Part shown: piece after piece, positions 27,632 through 42,085 of the stretch
How the letters are laid out: every line of letters begins with the position of its first letter
Numbering within the stretch: position 1 is the stretch's first letter
Source: the human T2T-CHM13v2.0 reference genome, Homo sapiens
Reading direction: 5' to 3' (one strand)
Assembly: GCF_009914755.1 (NCBI RefSeq)
Contig: NC_060944.1
Length of the DNA: 64,000 nt
Notes under the pieces: generated by a model
What the model was told of the DNA's origin: nothing
Database searches by the model: none
Seen by the model: the letters and a program-made list of their open reading frames with translations, nothing else
Program-made: the position numbers and the translations under genes

Positions 27632-28110
27632 CTTAAACTTACTTTGAAATAATTCCAGACTTAATGAAGTTGCAAAAATAGACCAGAAGAGTTCTCATAT
27701 TCCTTTTACCCAGCTTCCCGAAGTGTTAATGTTAATGATCTCACATATCTGTAGTAGTGATCAAAACCAGCAAGTTACTGTTGGTAACATAGCATTAACT
27801 AATAATGAATCTGCAGGCCTTATTTGAATATTGCCATTGTCCCACTGGGTCCAGAATCCAATCTAGAATCCCACGTTCATTTAGGTGTGTCTCAGCCTCC
27901 TCCAATCTTACGATCTTGATACTTCTGAAGACACAGGCCAGTTATTTTTTAGAATGTCCCTTAGTTTGGGAATTTGATGTCCTTGGTGTGCCATGTCAGG
28001 GCACGTGGTATTGATGTGTCTCATGACTACTGATGCTGACCTTGATCACTCACTTGGTCAAGATGGTATCAGTCAGGTTTCTCTGCTGGAAAGTTACTAT
28101 TTGTTTGTTT
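27632..28110 (-). mobile_element. L1MC4/5 3' fragment
   Basis: tttgaaataattccagactta..gaagttgcaaaaatag..tttacccagcttccc; ggtttctctgctggaaagttactat. Confidence 0.8.
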
Positions 28111-28324
28111 CTCAAGAGAACATTTCTTAAATGGACTTCTTAAAACACAGGTTCTTTTTAGTGGCTCATCATTTGACTGTCTTCAGTAGCCTCTGTTGAT
28201 GTTTTTAAAAATCAAAAGAACATCCACTTGGTTAGAAAATTCAAAGACAGAAGATTATTAAAAAATAAAATTCTCCTCATTGTATATCCTCCTGAAAAAT
28301 TTCCTGTGCAAATAGTGGTGACCT

Positions 28325-28492
28325 TTTTTTTTTTTAATTTTTGATTTTTAAAATTTCAATAGCTTTTGGGATACAAGTGGGATTTTTTTTGTTATGTGGA
28401 TGAATTACATAGTGGTGAATTCTGAGATCTTAGTGTACCCGTCACCCGAGTGGTGTACATGGTACTCAATATGTACTTGTTTATTCCACACC
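28325..28492 (-). mobile_element. L1PB 3' terminal fragment
   Basis: T-tail followed by caatagcttttgggatacaagtgg...agtggtgaattctgagat...gtcacccgag. Confidence 0.85.
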
Positions 28493-30869
28493 TTCCACAC
28501 CCACAGTGACCCTTTTGACGTGGCGTCAGTGGCATGGTGGAGGTGGCAGTCAGGGCTTCAGTGGACTGAGATTCGATTGGAGGGTGTCTGGGGAAGTGAA
28601 GACTTGGACTAAGGTTCCTGGAACTTGAGGGTGTAGCAAAGGCTCAGAGGAAGGGGGACCTTGGGAGGAAGGAAGGCTTTTCACAGGACAGGGTTGCGTG
28701 GAGACTGGCTGTAAAATTACTTTATGTACAAAGGACTACAGATGAGAGGTGGCATCAGAGTAGCGCCTGACTCTGTGAGGTGAAAAAGCTACTGCTGTTT
28801 TCCCATAGTGTTTTTGGAATATTTTTCACAATGGTCAGTACATACTAAAGCACATGTTAACTGATTTTTCATTTATTACAAAATGACAGGGTGCTGGATT
28901 CTCTCATTAGGGATGGTGAGCCCCAGAGAGTTGTTGTTTATGGGGGCATTGGCAGGGTTCTGTTCCCACACATTCAGGCCAGAGATTTGGTACCCCTGCC
29001 TGGTGCTTTGCACAAGAACCTAGCATTGTCTGTGGGTGGGCACTCTGGGCCACAGAGACACAGGTAGCTGGAGGGCAGTTTTACAGCTGGAGAGAAAACA
29101 TGTTACCTAACGGACTTGGTTTAATGAACTCCTGATGAAAGAGATGTACTAACAAGCACCCCAATAAGGGGGGCATATAGCAAATGTCTTTTAGAAATAA
29201 TAGAAATGGTCTTCTTTAAGTAGGGTAGTTCCTAATGATTCATTACGTCCTTTGCCAGACCCTGGCCATATGTTTTGAACTTGTTAGGTCTTCTCAACAA
29301 TAGAATTTTTGCATTATGCCTTTCCTTCCTCATGTGCAATCTTGTGGGCAGGTAGGAGCAACAGAATGCGGGTGGTGTGGAGGACAAGGGACATCCCAGA
29401 GCCCTTGGTTCTATTGCACTATGTGAGCTGAATGCACCCAGGGAGTCTGTCTGGCCTTTCAGTGTCGGGGAGAGCAGTAGGATGGGACCACGTGGGACAT
29501 AGGCCTGACACACAGGTCATCACTTAGAAATGAGCACTGGACTTGCCCCAGTGCCTGGGATGCAGTAGGCTTTCAGTAAATACTAACTGACACATGAATG
29601 TTCTGTGTGCTTGCTTTGGCTTCTCCTTTTAAAGAATCACCTAATAATTCTTTAAGTCTCTCGAATTGCCGATTTGTCCTTCTGTCAGATAAAACGCATG
29701 AAGTAAGCTGATGATTCTGAATAGGAACAGAACACGTTCTTGGTTGATTTAAAGTATAATTTAGAGTTTTTCATTTTGCTTAGAGCTAATATACAGTGCG
29801 ATGCCTGAGGTCCATTTTAAAATCTTGCTATGTAACCTAATCATTGTTGACAGGAGAAATTTGTCTACAATCATTTTAATCTGTTGCATAATAAATATTT
29901 AGAGAGTCTCTTATTCACTTCCATTTTAGACAAAGCGTCTATTTGTACATCCTTCAAAATGGTCAAAGATGAAAGGGAAGATCCTTTTATTGGTCCCTCA
30001 GGCCAAGACAGAGGGAAGGACTGATAATCTTTTCAAACCAAGAAAGATTTTGGTTTCCATTCCAACATCCCTGAGTAATCCACAACTGTGTATGGTACTC
30101 CTGCCCCCTTCCCTCCATCTCTGTAATAAACTCTTCTTCCTTAATTTTAATTTTCTTGACAATTGAACCCTTCAGTTGGGTGCTATTTGGCTTTATCCTT
30201 GTTTTAAATTTCCCCTTTTCTCATTTCCCAGACTGGGCAGTTGTTGAGTCCAGAATTAACTGGGGAAGTTGGCTAATTTAGCAAGGGCTATAGAATAAAG
30301 ATCTAGATTAGATGCAGGCTAGAAAAGCCAGGCTGGAGTACATACTAGAGACCGCAGAGACATTGATCTACTGCAGATCAGATTTAACTCCTCAGTAATA
30401 TCAGGTGTTGTGGCTGCCAACACAGTGACCAGGAGCAGGTTGGTCTTTGATGTCTCTGTGTCAGCACCTGAGGCAGGGATACTGAAGAGAACATGCCTGC
30501 CACATAGGATAGGAATCTGGTCACAAAGGTATCACTAGTTCTGTTGGAGTAGAAATCACATCTGGAATGAGGCAAAAAAAAAAAAAAAAGGAACTGTCTA
30601 CAAAAATTTTAAAAGAATTGGCAAACTAATGTTTTTCTTAGCAGATGTGCCTTTGCCATATTCCTAAGGTTTCCCTCCCTGTCAGTCATGCGTCCTGTTT
30701 TATGAGACCCATTTCTCCTGGGGCCTCTGACTGGGCCGCTGCCTGGACCTGCCCTCTGGGCTGCTGCCATCCAGCAGGAGTCCATAGCTTCCTTTCACTA
30801 TCCTGCTGGGTGGGTCAGCTTTGTGGATCCTCCCACCCCCGTCTTCATCTTTCTTGGGTTTCTTTTTTA

Positions 30870-31790
30870 TTTGTGCTGAAGTCTATTTTCAATAATTTTT
30901 TTCCCTAGAAGAATGTTCAGAATGTAAATCTTCTGCCTTTTAAAAAATAAATCTGAAAATGTCCCTATAGTCCTTACACTTGACTGTTAGTTTATATGGA
31001 TGTAGAATTCTAGGTTCAAAATTCTTTGCTTCAGAATTCTGAAGGCCATGGTTCTGCTTCTGGTGTTTCTATGAGGACTATTTACTGACCATATTCTCAC
31101 CCTTGGATGGGAGCTTTTCTTTTTTCCTTCTGGGTCGTGTGGAGACCTGTCTTGATCTTGGTGTCCTCAAACTTCATGAAGATGTGTCCCATTTTCATCC
31201 TTTCTGGTAATCTAGGTTTCTTAAATCTAAATTCCCTTGCCTTTTCTTTAGCTTGAGGAAGCTCTCTTCTTCTATTATTGCTATTTTCAATATTTTCTCA
31301 CCATTTATTTTTCTCTTCTCTCTTTCTGGAAAGCCTAGAGACCAGTTGATAATCCTCCCAGGTTGTCATTTTTCTTAAACTTTCTCGGTATTTTCCATTC
31401 TTTTTCCATTTGTTTTTTTAACCCCATGGGGCAATTATTAAACTTGAAATTATTAATCTCCCAACCTTTCTACTAAGTTTTTAATTTTGGCAAGCAATTT
31501 TTAATATCCATGAACTCATTTTTTATCGTAATTTCTGCTTTTTCATAGTATTCAGTTTTTTTTTTTGTTTCTGTTTTCTTATTTTGTTTTTAGGGGTATT
31601 ATGTTTTCTTGATGTTCTCTGAAGATACATACTAACTGAACTTTTAAAATACTCATTTCTGTTTGCTGAAGTAGCTTTTTTCCCAGAGTCAGTTCTGTTT
31701 ATTCTACTCAGTTTTTTCTTTTGAGCTCTAGATGTGCCCCCACATATCTCGATGTCTTTGGCTGTCTGTTCATATTAAGAACACTGGCCA
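30870..31790 (-). mobile_element. Ancient L1M ORF1-region fragment
   Basis: gtagaattctaggttcaaaattctttgcttcagaattctgaagg is the antisense of the ORF1 C-terminal region; T-rich. Confidence 0.65.
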
Positions 31791-31829
31791 GGGTAGATTA
31801 ACGTAAGTAATCATAAGTAGTTGGTAGCT

Positions 31830-32128
31830 TTTTTTTTTTTTTTTTTGAGACGGAGTCTCGCTCTGTCACCTAGGCTAGAGTGCAGTGGCGCAATCTTGGC
31901 TCACTGCAAGCTCCGCCTCTGGGGTTCACGCCATTCTCCTGCTTCAGCCTCCTGAGTAGCTGGGACTACAGGTGCCTGCCACCACGCCTGGCTAATTTTT
32001 TGTAGTTTTAGTAGAGACGGGGTTTCACCGTGTTAGCCAGGATGGTCTCGATCTCCTGAGCTCGTGATCCTCCCACCTCAGCCTCCCAAAGTGCTGGGAT
32101 TACAGGTGTGAGCCACCACGCCCAGCCA
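31830..32128 (-). mobile_element. AluY
   Basis: Y diagnostics; TSD agtagtt(g/c)gtagctt. Confidence 0.95.
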
Positions 32129-32418
32129 GTAGTTCGTAGCTTTACAGGCAGGTCATTTGGTCTGCAGTGAGCCTCCTGAGCAGGAGGGTAGCTGGGCATT
32201 CAGTGTATGTGCTTACATGGGCAGAAACCTTAGAAAAATGGCACAGGAACTCCAATGGACTCAGGTTCAAAAGGGTGTGTGCAAGGGGTGGGGAAAAGAT
32301 GCCTAACCAAGGGCAAATATGGGAGGGTAACCTCATCCTGTAAAATAAGCAGAGACAGAAATTCTAAGAACAGAAATTTTGTTGTTGTCACTGTTGTTTT
32401 TAAAAGTTATCTCTAGAG

Positions 32419-32637
32419 CCATGGTTCGCACCCATTTTGCACCTTTGGGGGCATTTGACAACTCTGGAGACATTTTTGGTTGTCACAAGTAGGGGAGGAG
32501 GACATGCTACCTACCAGCTTCTAGTGGGTAGAGGCCAGGGTTGCTACTCAACATCCTAAAATGCACAGGACAGACCTCACCCCAAAGAATTATCCAGCTC
32601 CGAATGTCAGTAGTGCTGAGGTTGAGAAACACCACTG
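32419..32637. mobile_element. MER20
   Basis: ctggagacatttttggttgtcacaa...gtgctgaggttgagaaac; ctctagag target at left. Confidence 0.9.
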
Positions 32638-32802
32638 CAGAGGAAGATGATCAAGGAGAGGGTGGGGCAGGGGAAGGAGATCAGGAAGCATGTCCGGAAG
32701 CATACAGGTTCCTATTTTGCCTGCACACTCTGCCAAGGGGAGACTTGGGTCACACTAAATAAGCTTCCATCTCAGAGCAGTTGTTAAGGTAGATTATCTG
32801 AC

Positions 32803-32979
32803 CTTTGCTGTCCAGTAGCATGGCCACTAACCACAAGTGCTAAACTGAAATAAAATTACAAATTTAATAGATTTGCACTAGCCACATTTCTTATGCTTGA
32901 CAGCCATTTGTGACTTCTGTACTGGATAGTGCAAAGATAGGACATTTCCATCACAGATAATTCGGCTAGACAGAGCTGG
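32803..32979. mobile_element. MER3
   Basis: gcactagccacatttc...gacatttccatcacaga; followed by gtctagac. Confidence 0.8.
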
Positions 32980-33901
32980 TCTAGACAGTATTGGTGCTGT
33001 TTTAAGGAACTTGAAGACTAGGAGTGCTGTTATGTTTAAAAACATAAAATTTTGCTTTTCAGGATATCAGGGGATAAGGAGAGTTTGAAACAAATTAACA
33101 ATTGGTAATTTTGAAATTTTATAGATTGGTTGATCTGAGTTCATCACTATCCTCACACGTGGACATGGATTCATAATGTGCCCTCCAACACAAAAACCAC
33201 TTGCATCCCCACAGCAACTCCCGCCCCTGCCTGTACCCTTTCTCACAGTTAATTCATAGTTAATATGAGAAGAGGGTTGGAACTCAAGCCAGTGGACAAT
33301 GAGAGCAGCTTTAGGTGTTGTTCAAAAAGGTCCCCAGGAAGCTACCGCCAGGTTCAGGTACCATGGTAGCTGGTAGTGGTGGGTGAGTGCCTTTACTCCT
33401 GTGCTTTCCCAAAAGGATGGTGAAGAATCTGAGCCCTTTCATCACATGATGGTGAGCTCAGAGGCAGAGGCCTCAGTGGGAAGGATGAGCTGGACGGAAG
33501 TGATTCCACCGTCTTGGTGGTCAGGCTGCATTAGGAGATCTGCTTTGTGTGAGAATGACTGAATGGAATGTGGAGATGGGAGAGAGAAAATGCCAAAGGT
33601 TGGAAACATTGTTGGAATCTTGAATATGTTCTAAAAATGGAAGACTTTGCTCTTGTAGCCCAATGTATTCTAAGCTCATTTGCTGTTTTTTGAGCCTGTA
33701 TCCTACTGAATGCAAAGCCATTTGAACCCTTCTTATGTGGTCCATTTTCTCTTTGGCTGTCTGTGTTATTGGAGCCATGACTGATCAAGCCTTTAGCTAG
33801 AACTCCACTGGAAAAGGGGATTAGCTTAGTGAGTGTGGCTTTCCTCAGTTTTCTTTTCACTCAGATTTGGATAAAGAGGATAAATGATAAGTAAACAGCT
33901 A

Positions 33902-33977
33902 TCAGCAGTTGTGTGGTTTGTTGCCAAAGATTCAGCAGTTGTTGGTTCGTTGCCAAAGATTCAGCAGTTGTTGGTTC
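33902..33977. repeat. 29-30-bp tandem duplication, ~2.6 copies
   Basis: tcagcagttg(tg/t)tggtt(t/c)gttgccaaagat repeated. Confidence 0.95.
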
Positions 33978-35976
33978 AGAGTGGGGAATCCTGGGGTCAT
34001 TACTGACCAGATAGCTTGCAACCCTTTCTCTATGTCAGGGGCTACACCAAGGCAGTTGTGTGGTTTGTAGAAGTAGGAATTGCGCCACACCCTGTGTTCA
34101 TGGTACCAGATTTGCCTCCCCTCACTGAGGTTTGTTTGGGGGGATTGCTCTTCGTTGGCACCTGGAAAGACCTTTTTATGAAAAGCATCATTGAAATTAG
34201 AAGGCATAAATAAATAAAATATCATCTCTTTGCTGTTGCTTTAGACTTTCTTCTTATGGTAGTGTCTTTTGGAATAGAATCATCTTTTGATCTCCAGTAA
34301 ACAGGTAACCTGTCAGGTGGGTGGGATTGCTCCTGAATGTGGGCAGTTCAGCATTTCAAGTTGAATTTGGAAGAGAAAAAGGCAAATTGGGCCTTCTTTA
34401 AGGGTGGAGAACCCACTACCTCTAAAAAACAAGAGTCGTTGCTTTGACAGTGATGTAGAAAGTTGCCTCTGAGGAGCTGGATTAATAGGTAATCTCTTGA
34501 AAAAATAGCACAGAAAATGACCTTTTACTTGTGTTCTCTGAGGCAGATCAAGTGGAGTTTATTTCTAGGCAGAAAAACATTTTGTGTGAATTATATCTAA
34601 GGAAGCAGTGTAACTCGGTGCTCAGTAATTAGCCCTGTCCTGGTATTTAAGACTCTGAAAGGAAGTGCTGCCATTGTAATTGAGTTCTTTTTAATCCCGT
34701 TAGCGGTGCATTTCCATATTTTAATTGAATGTTTCGGAATTTAGCAGGTGAAGCCTTTCTGAGTGTTGGCATTATCCATCAGGTGTGGCCCCTGGAGACC
34801 CCATGTGCTGAGGGGGCTGAATAGCAGTGTGAACCTCGGCCTGAGCAGTGGTGTGGGGTGGATGCCACTGCTCTTGGGTGGCCCCAAATGTCTCTCACTG
34901 TTCCCCTGTAACTTGCCACTTTTCACCTGGATGTTCATCACCTGTAAGCAGTTAACGTCTTTATAGTGAGATGCAGCGTTCAGACGACTCCCGTTTCCTT
35001 AGCTCCCTTAGACATGGTCAGGATTCCAGTTATATTCAGAAAGAGAGTTTTGTTCGATAAATAAAGCACATGATCATCAATTCTGGGAAATGCAGAGACC
35101 TGTTTCGTCTCATTTCAAGGTTTTTTCCATTTAAACAAGCTCCTTAGCTGTTTAAAGCCACACACACAGTTGTTGTTTAAGTAAAGCAACCCTGGACGGA
35201 CTGCAGTAGACAAGATTGTACCTTGAGTGCTCTGTGTCTGGGACTCACCCTGCGTGCTCACTCATATATGCACCTGGTCTTACCCAATATACCAAACTGT
35301 GGTGGTGGGTGTCTTGGAAATGTGCCAGCTTCTCTGGCCATAGAGTGCTGTGCAGTACAGCAGCACCAGACTCTAAAGGGAGCGAGCACTGATCAACTGG
35401 AAGGGTGAGTGGCTCTTTTCAAGGTGAACTGGTGGCTCTCTGTTCACAAGAAAGACTCTTTGGGCATCATGTGTTACAGGCTTATTGTCTACTATTGAGG
35501 GGTGAGTCTTAGGGCTGGTTCTTTCCTCTCTGGACTAGTGGGCTTTGCCGCAGAAACTCTTACAGTACATGGTAACACACACGCGCGCACACACACACAC
35601 TCACACACTCTCTCACACACATGTCCTTATGCTGCTTCCTTTCCTTCTCAGATCAGCTGAAGAGAAGAGTAGAGGGGACTTGTCCCTTGGCACCTCTCCG
35701 ACTGGCTTACAGGCCTCCCAGGATCGAGGTTTCCTTGTGAGTGTGTCTGGTGAGGGTGTGGCGTGAGGGGCACCTTTCCAGAACCAGCCAGTGTTTCCAA
35801 CTCTCCATGAGTGGGCGGGGCTTTGGGCCCATGCATTAGGGGATGGTTAGGAGCTTGGGGAGACAGGGCCATTTCTCTGCCTCTTGAAATGTGCCTGGTC
35901 CCAATTGAGATGTGCCGTGGGTATACAGTACACACTGGATCAAAGATGTAGTATATAAAGAAGGTAAAATAGCTAA

Positions 35977-36591
<615 letters not shown>

Positions 36592-37005
36592 TGAGCAGCA
36601 CTGGCTTAGAGGGCAATCTTTTCTAGCGCTGTTGTCAACATAAGGAGATACTGCCCTCCCACCTGCCCCCGTGGTGGCAGCAGGAGTGCCCCATACCTCC
36701 TGTCATCTCCATCAGTTCTGAAGGCTGCTCAAAATACAGGTGTTTTGTATTAAGTAAAAGCGATGGGTTTGCAGTGCAAATACAGCTTCAAGACTGGACT
36801 TCCTCCCCACTTAATCGATTGCCACTGCTGCGTCCCTTCTTTGTAGAACTTCTGGGGCTATCTCTGCCTGCCTCTAGGACAACAGTGCTTGCTGTTAGAC
36901 TAGTTCAGACTGTCAGTCTTCACATGTTTTGCAAGCATATTGATGTACAGAGCGTGTTATTTCCCAGTCTCTGTTATAGAATAAGACCCTTTGAAAAGAC
37001 TTGTA

Positions 37006-37049
37006 CACAATAAATGTGATCAATAAATATGATCACAATAAATATGATC
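37006..37049. repeat. Triplicated 13-15-mer, each copy containing AATAAA
   Basis: cacaataaatgtgat caataaatatgat cacaataaatatgatc. Confidence 0.9.
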
Positions 37050-37800
37050 CCCCCTTTGCAAATTCCTTGCAAAGCCCAGGGTTTTATATTGGCAGCCCTG
37101 CACAGAAAGGTGCATGTTTATGTAAATCAATGTGGTATGTACCTAGGGTGATATAATCATATAATGAGCTGCAGCTTCTCTTCCTCTTCATCACCATCAT
37201 CATGTTTGGGTAAAGATGGTTGCCATTTCCCTCCCTCATGGTCATTATTTCTGTATTACTCTCCATACCTCCTTCCATTTCTTTCTGGAAGGTGTTGAAA
37301 AATCTTTACCAACCATCTACCTGGCTCCTAAAGGTGCAGGTCATGGCTATGTCTGAGACTGGCAAGTTCTGTCCACAGGTCTCACCAGATGGTTGGGCAG
37401 TCCTCCATGGTCATCACCTGTGGGCAGACGGTCACTAAGGGCAATTGGGGGGATAGAATACCTAGGCTGATTGGAGTCATCCTTTTTTTATCAGAGTGCC
37501 AGGTAGTTGAATTTGTGTAAATTAGATGTTCTCATGATGCAATTTATAATACCCAGGTGTACTTGGTATAAAACTTCTCCTGGGGAACCTGACAGATGAA
37601 AACAGGGAATGGAAGCAGCTGACAAGTCAGGACATTCCAACTTACCTTCATGCCCAGAAGTTAGAGGTCAGGGAGGGGTGGGACACTTTCATTTGTGAGT
37701 GGTAGTTCTTTTTTTTTAATGCCTGGAAAACCATTAGAAAACAGGCAATCTGGAAACTTTGGGCCTTACTCCTAATTTCATTTTTGATTTTAGAATGTAT

Positions 37801-37989
37801 TAGGGTAAATAACTTATTCTGCTTGTATTTGAGGATTTGCTGACTTCTGAGAGCACCATGTATTCACTTCCATTATGAATAGGGCAGCTTTATGATATAT
37901 TGTCTACATTTTGGAGTATTGAGAATGAAGGGGACAAGAGGTATAAACTTTGATTGTCCTGGGCAAACCAGAACATGTGGTCAACCCTA
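37801..37989. mobile_element. hAT-Blackjack MITE (MER94/MER81-like)
   Basis: Ends tagggt...accctag; gtcctgggcaaaccagaacatgtggtcaacccta. Confidence 0.5.
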
Positions 37990-38729
37990 GTTATGAAGAT
38001 CAATTTAGGTTATTCATCCTAAAACCAGAAATTTTGATAGAACTGACAGGTTAGGTATCATGTCTTATCCTAATAAAATTTTCTATTAAAACTATGTAAA
38101 TTCAGTTTTATGAAATAAATCTATACCAAGATCATTTCATAAAAAATGGACTTTTTGAGAAAATAAAAAATGACATTGTATTTTCAGAATCTTTCAAACA
38201 TATTCTGATCTTTTTTTTTTTAATTGACAGTGTTTGAAGGTAAATAGTGACCATGGTTTTTGTTAAGAATTCATATGTAAAATATGTCCCTTGTTTAAAA
38301 TTATCTCAGAGATTACTCTCATTCAAATCTTTAATCAGTCAGTTTATTATTCATAAGTCTGGTGTTTCTAATAAAATTCTACCACATGAAACAGAATGGT
38401 GTTTAATAAGATAATAAGCTTTATAAAATGTAAAAGTGAACACCTTAATTATTTTAAATTATATCAACTTTAGAAATGACTGTATAATTAAGACTTGCCT
38501 ATAGCTTAGAATACTCTTAGGAAAGATTCACTGTACTACTTCTCAGTCAACAGCCCTTAAATGCAGGTGGCTGACAGTGGCCTGTGTTACCAATGTAATT
38601 GGACGGTGACATGCCTCTGGCCCTGGATGATAGTGCCACCAGAGCCACATGCCTCCTGTGTAGAGCCAGGAAGGGGCTCTGTGAGTGAGTTGAATCATGG
38701 GCCCGTTTTCCCTGTGTTCTCTCCTTTGG

Positions 38730-39430
38730 CCATTTGAGGGTTAAGGAGGTTGGGCAGACAGTTTTTGCCTTGATGGGTACTGGATACTCTTGTATTCCTA
38801 TGACAGTACTTGAATTTTTCGTGAAGTTACTTGAAATCACTTTGGTTACTTTGGGTCTGGATCTTATGATTTCTTAGGTGAGTCTGGAGCAGTGCTCAGT
38901 AGGACTAATTCTTCCCACTACTGCAGTGAGTCCTTCCTGAGCTCCATGGAGTGGTGGGAGCAGGCGCTATTCTCAGCCCTGTGTGAGCGCAGGTGTTGTA
39001 AGCACTAATCTTTTCCTGACCTTGTGTAGTTTCTTTACCTGCTTAGTACTCAGCTGGATGCTCCAGGGGCCTTCTGCACAACTCCACTGTTCTCCCTCTG
39101 TGCAGCTGTCTCCTCTCCAGTACTGTGTCCTGAGTGCTTTAGCTGAGTGGCCTCCGGGACTCTCAACCCCATCTCCTTTACTCAGGAAGTCCTCCAGCCT
39201 CTGCCTTGGTTTCCCTCTCATACTGTGACCTGTGAACTCTCCCTAGGTGGTCAGATGGAGCTCCCATGGGGCTTACCTGGCTTGTTGTTTCCTGGCCTTT
39301 GTTGCCTGAGGTCCTGTGTCTTAACAACTGTTGTTTCTTAGGCTTGTCCTTTTTTTTTTTTAAACTTCAATGTGATGGTGTGAGGATAAATTTGGTTCCT
39401 GTTGGCCCATCTGGGACAGAAGCAGAAGTG
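38730..39430 (-). mobile_element. L1MC-type 5'-end fragment
   Basis: ctctgtgcagctgtctcctctccagtact and aaatttggttcctgttggcccatctgggacagaagcagaagt match the reverse L1MC 5' end. Confidence 0.75.
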
Positions 39431-39598
39431 TCAGGACAGTGTTTTTAAAAAATCATGATCTGGTGTAGCTTTTTTTCTCGTGAGCTGTTCTTACTCTGAG
39501 TCCTCTTTCTAGGTCAAGGGCGGTATCTGGGTTGCCTTGAAGTCCTTCCTGCTTCATTGTGCTTATTTAGGTAGAAACCTTATTTAAGAATCAGCTCA

Positions 39599-40028
<430 letters not shown>

Positions 40029-41854
40029 TCATCTTTGTTTTACAGTGATTAAGTCTTCACTTTCCAAACTTCTTGAGCCAGGGGTTCTTGTTTGTAATTT
40101 TTTGTGCTCTCCACAGGGATTAGCACAAGAATAAGCTCATAAACATTAGCAATTGTGTTTTGAAATTCTTTCCTTTGTGACCACAGGACACATATGATAT
40201 CATTTTCATAAGTACTGTGTGTGTGTTGTGGGGGTGGGGGTGGGGGGGAAGCCAGGATGAAGTAGTGACTCTGATCCCATGATCAGATGTCAGCAAGACT
40301 GTCCTTGCTCCCGCAGTGGTCTCTCTCACTTGTGTTTTAGCTGGCTATTCATTTACTATGGAATCATTGGATCATAAGTCAGCATGGAGCTCGACCCGAG
40401 ATCCCATATGAAAACGAAATCTTAACAATGGAGACACATGCCATAAATTAAGGTAATTCCCTCCCACAGGCTTTTCAATAAAGTAGCAGTGGGCCCACTG
40501 TGTCTGCAAAGGTCCCCAGTGGAAATAAAACCCCCAAATGCACATATTTGGGATCCACAAGCTTACCGGATACTTCTCTACTGTGGCTTGCTCTAAGCAT
40601 AGAACAATCATGACCTTACGTGGCTCACGCAGAACCCATTTTACCAGTAGCTGTGTGGACACCGGAATGTTTTCTTCCTTCAGCTCCCCCAAATCCTTTC
40701 GTGTACAGACTCCCCTCCTTACCTTGCCACATAAGGTACCAGTTTCATCAGAGGCATCTGGCAAGGCTCTCATGGTTTGACTGTCACCAGATCTCTCTGT
40801 AATGGGATTACCATTTTAACCTGTTCTCTTTCCCTCCCCTGTCCTGGGTTTCCACTTTCCCAGCCTTCCTTCTTCCTTTGGCCTTGGCCAGAAGGGGCTG
40901 CTGGAGAGCCGTTCCCGGGGCTCACCACAGCCTCTGCTCCCCCTCCCATGGCCTCCTGCCGAGGCTGGCCCTCCGGGCATCTTTTGCAGAGGTCACTCTT
41001 TGAAAGATGCCTTTTTTTGTGCTCCTCTGCCAACTGTTCTTTCTGTCTAGTGTGTGTCCTCCTGGCATTTCAGGAGCTGTTTCATGTAGTGTCTGACTTT
41101 ATAGGTGTGCACCTAATGACTTTAAAAGGCTTATTTTTAGGTTGCTGTTTTCTTCCCCAAACCTTTTTGCTCCTTCAGAAATGTCCTCTTGTTAAAATCT
41201 TCCCAGGGTTTCTATGCATGCTTGAGTGCTTGATTCTCCAGTTTGATTGGATGAGCAAGCCCTGCTTCCTGCTTCCTTTAGAAATATTCCACCCTGGAAG
41301 GGACCTGACAGGATGGTAGTGGCTGTGGGTGTCTGCATTGGTTGAGCTGCTTGCTCAGTGTTTTTGGTCCAGAGACTGGAGCAGGTCCCTGGTGCACAGA
41401 AAAGGATTTGGAGGATCCTTAGCCTGGGTTCACGTCCCCACCTTCATCTTCTGACCGTATCCTCCGTTCCTCCTTTGTCAAGCCTTAGGCTGTTTTTTTC
41501 TGCATTGGTCTTCCCTGGACATTCTTTTACTTACCTTGGTTCTTCATTCATGCACTTTCTCTAGACTAAGGTTTCTCTCTGCTCATATAGTTATCCCCAT
41601 TCTTGAAGGCTGCACTGAAGACCATTCAGTGTCTTCGGCAGCTCTTGATGTTCTCTCCTCAAGGGCAGGTTATACCCTCATTTTGCTCTCCTGTTGTGAC
41701 ATAGCGTGGTTGTGGATAGAGTGGTCCTTCTTGGATGTTCTGTTGCCTTCACGCAGGTGAGCTGCCCAGAGCCCAGCACGGTCTGGGTTCTCATCCAGAG
41801 CCTGGTCTGACCTGAGGAGCCCTGACCTCCAGCCTGCACTCCACCGTCTCCTGG

Positions 41855-42085
41855 AGATGTGACCTGGAAGGCCCAAAGGTCTGCACGCTTTAGCTCACCA
41901 TCTGTCAGATGGGGGTGACTGTGAGGCCTACCCACCCTTCCTCATCATTGTTAGAGTCAAAGGAAAGGCAGGATGAGAAAGGGGAGTCTATTAGGTAAAC
42001 ACAGAGCAAATTATTTTGCCAAGTCATTTAACCTCTTAGGACCTGGTTTTCTAACCTGTGAAACAAGAAGGCTGTACTAGATATG
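41855..42085 (+). mobile_element. MIR fragments (two cores)
   Basis: gtgacctgg...catctgtcagatgggg; aagtcatttaacctct...ctgtgaaac. Confidence 0.5.

Noticed and set aside
33063-33104. 42-nt in-frame cassette exon (ttttcag|GATATC...AATTG|gtaatt; ISGDKESLKQINN)
   Set aside because: Weak donor, peptide not recognised, no further support; needs junction reads
40777-41319. 180-aa ORF (also 54707-55312, 60983-61492, 42732-43214)
   Set aside because: No recognisable domain, composition typical of chance ORFs in GC-richer intron DNA; 60983-61492 overlaps an LTR33-like element
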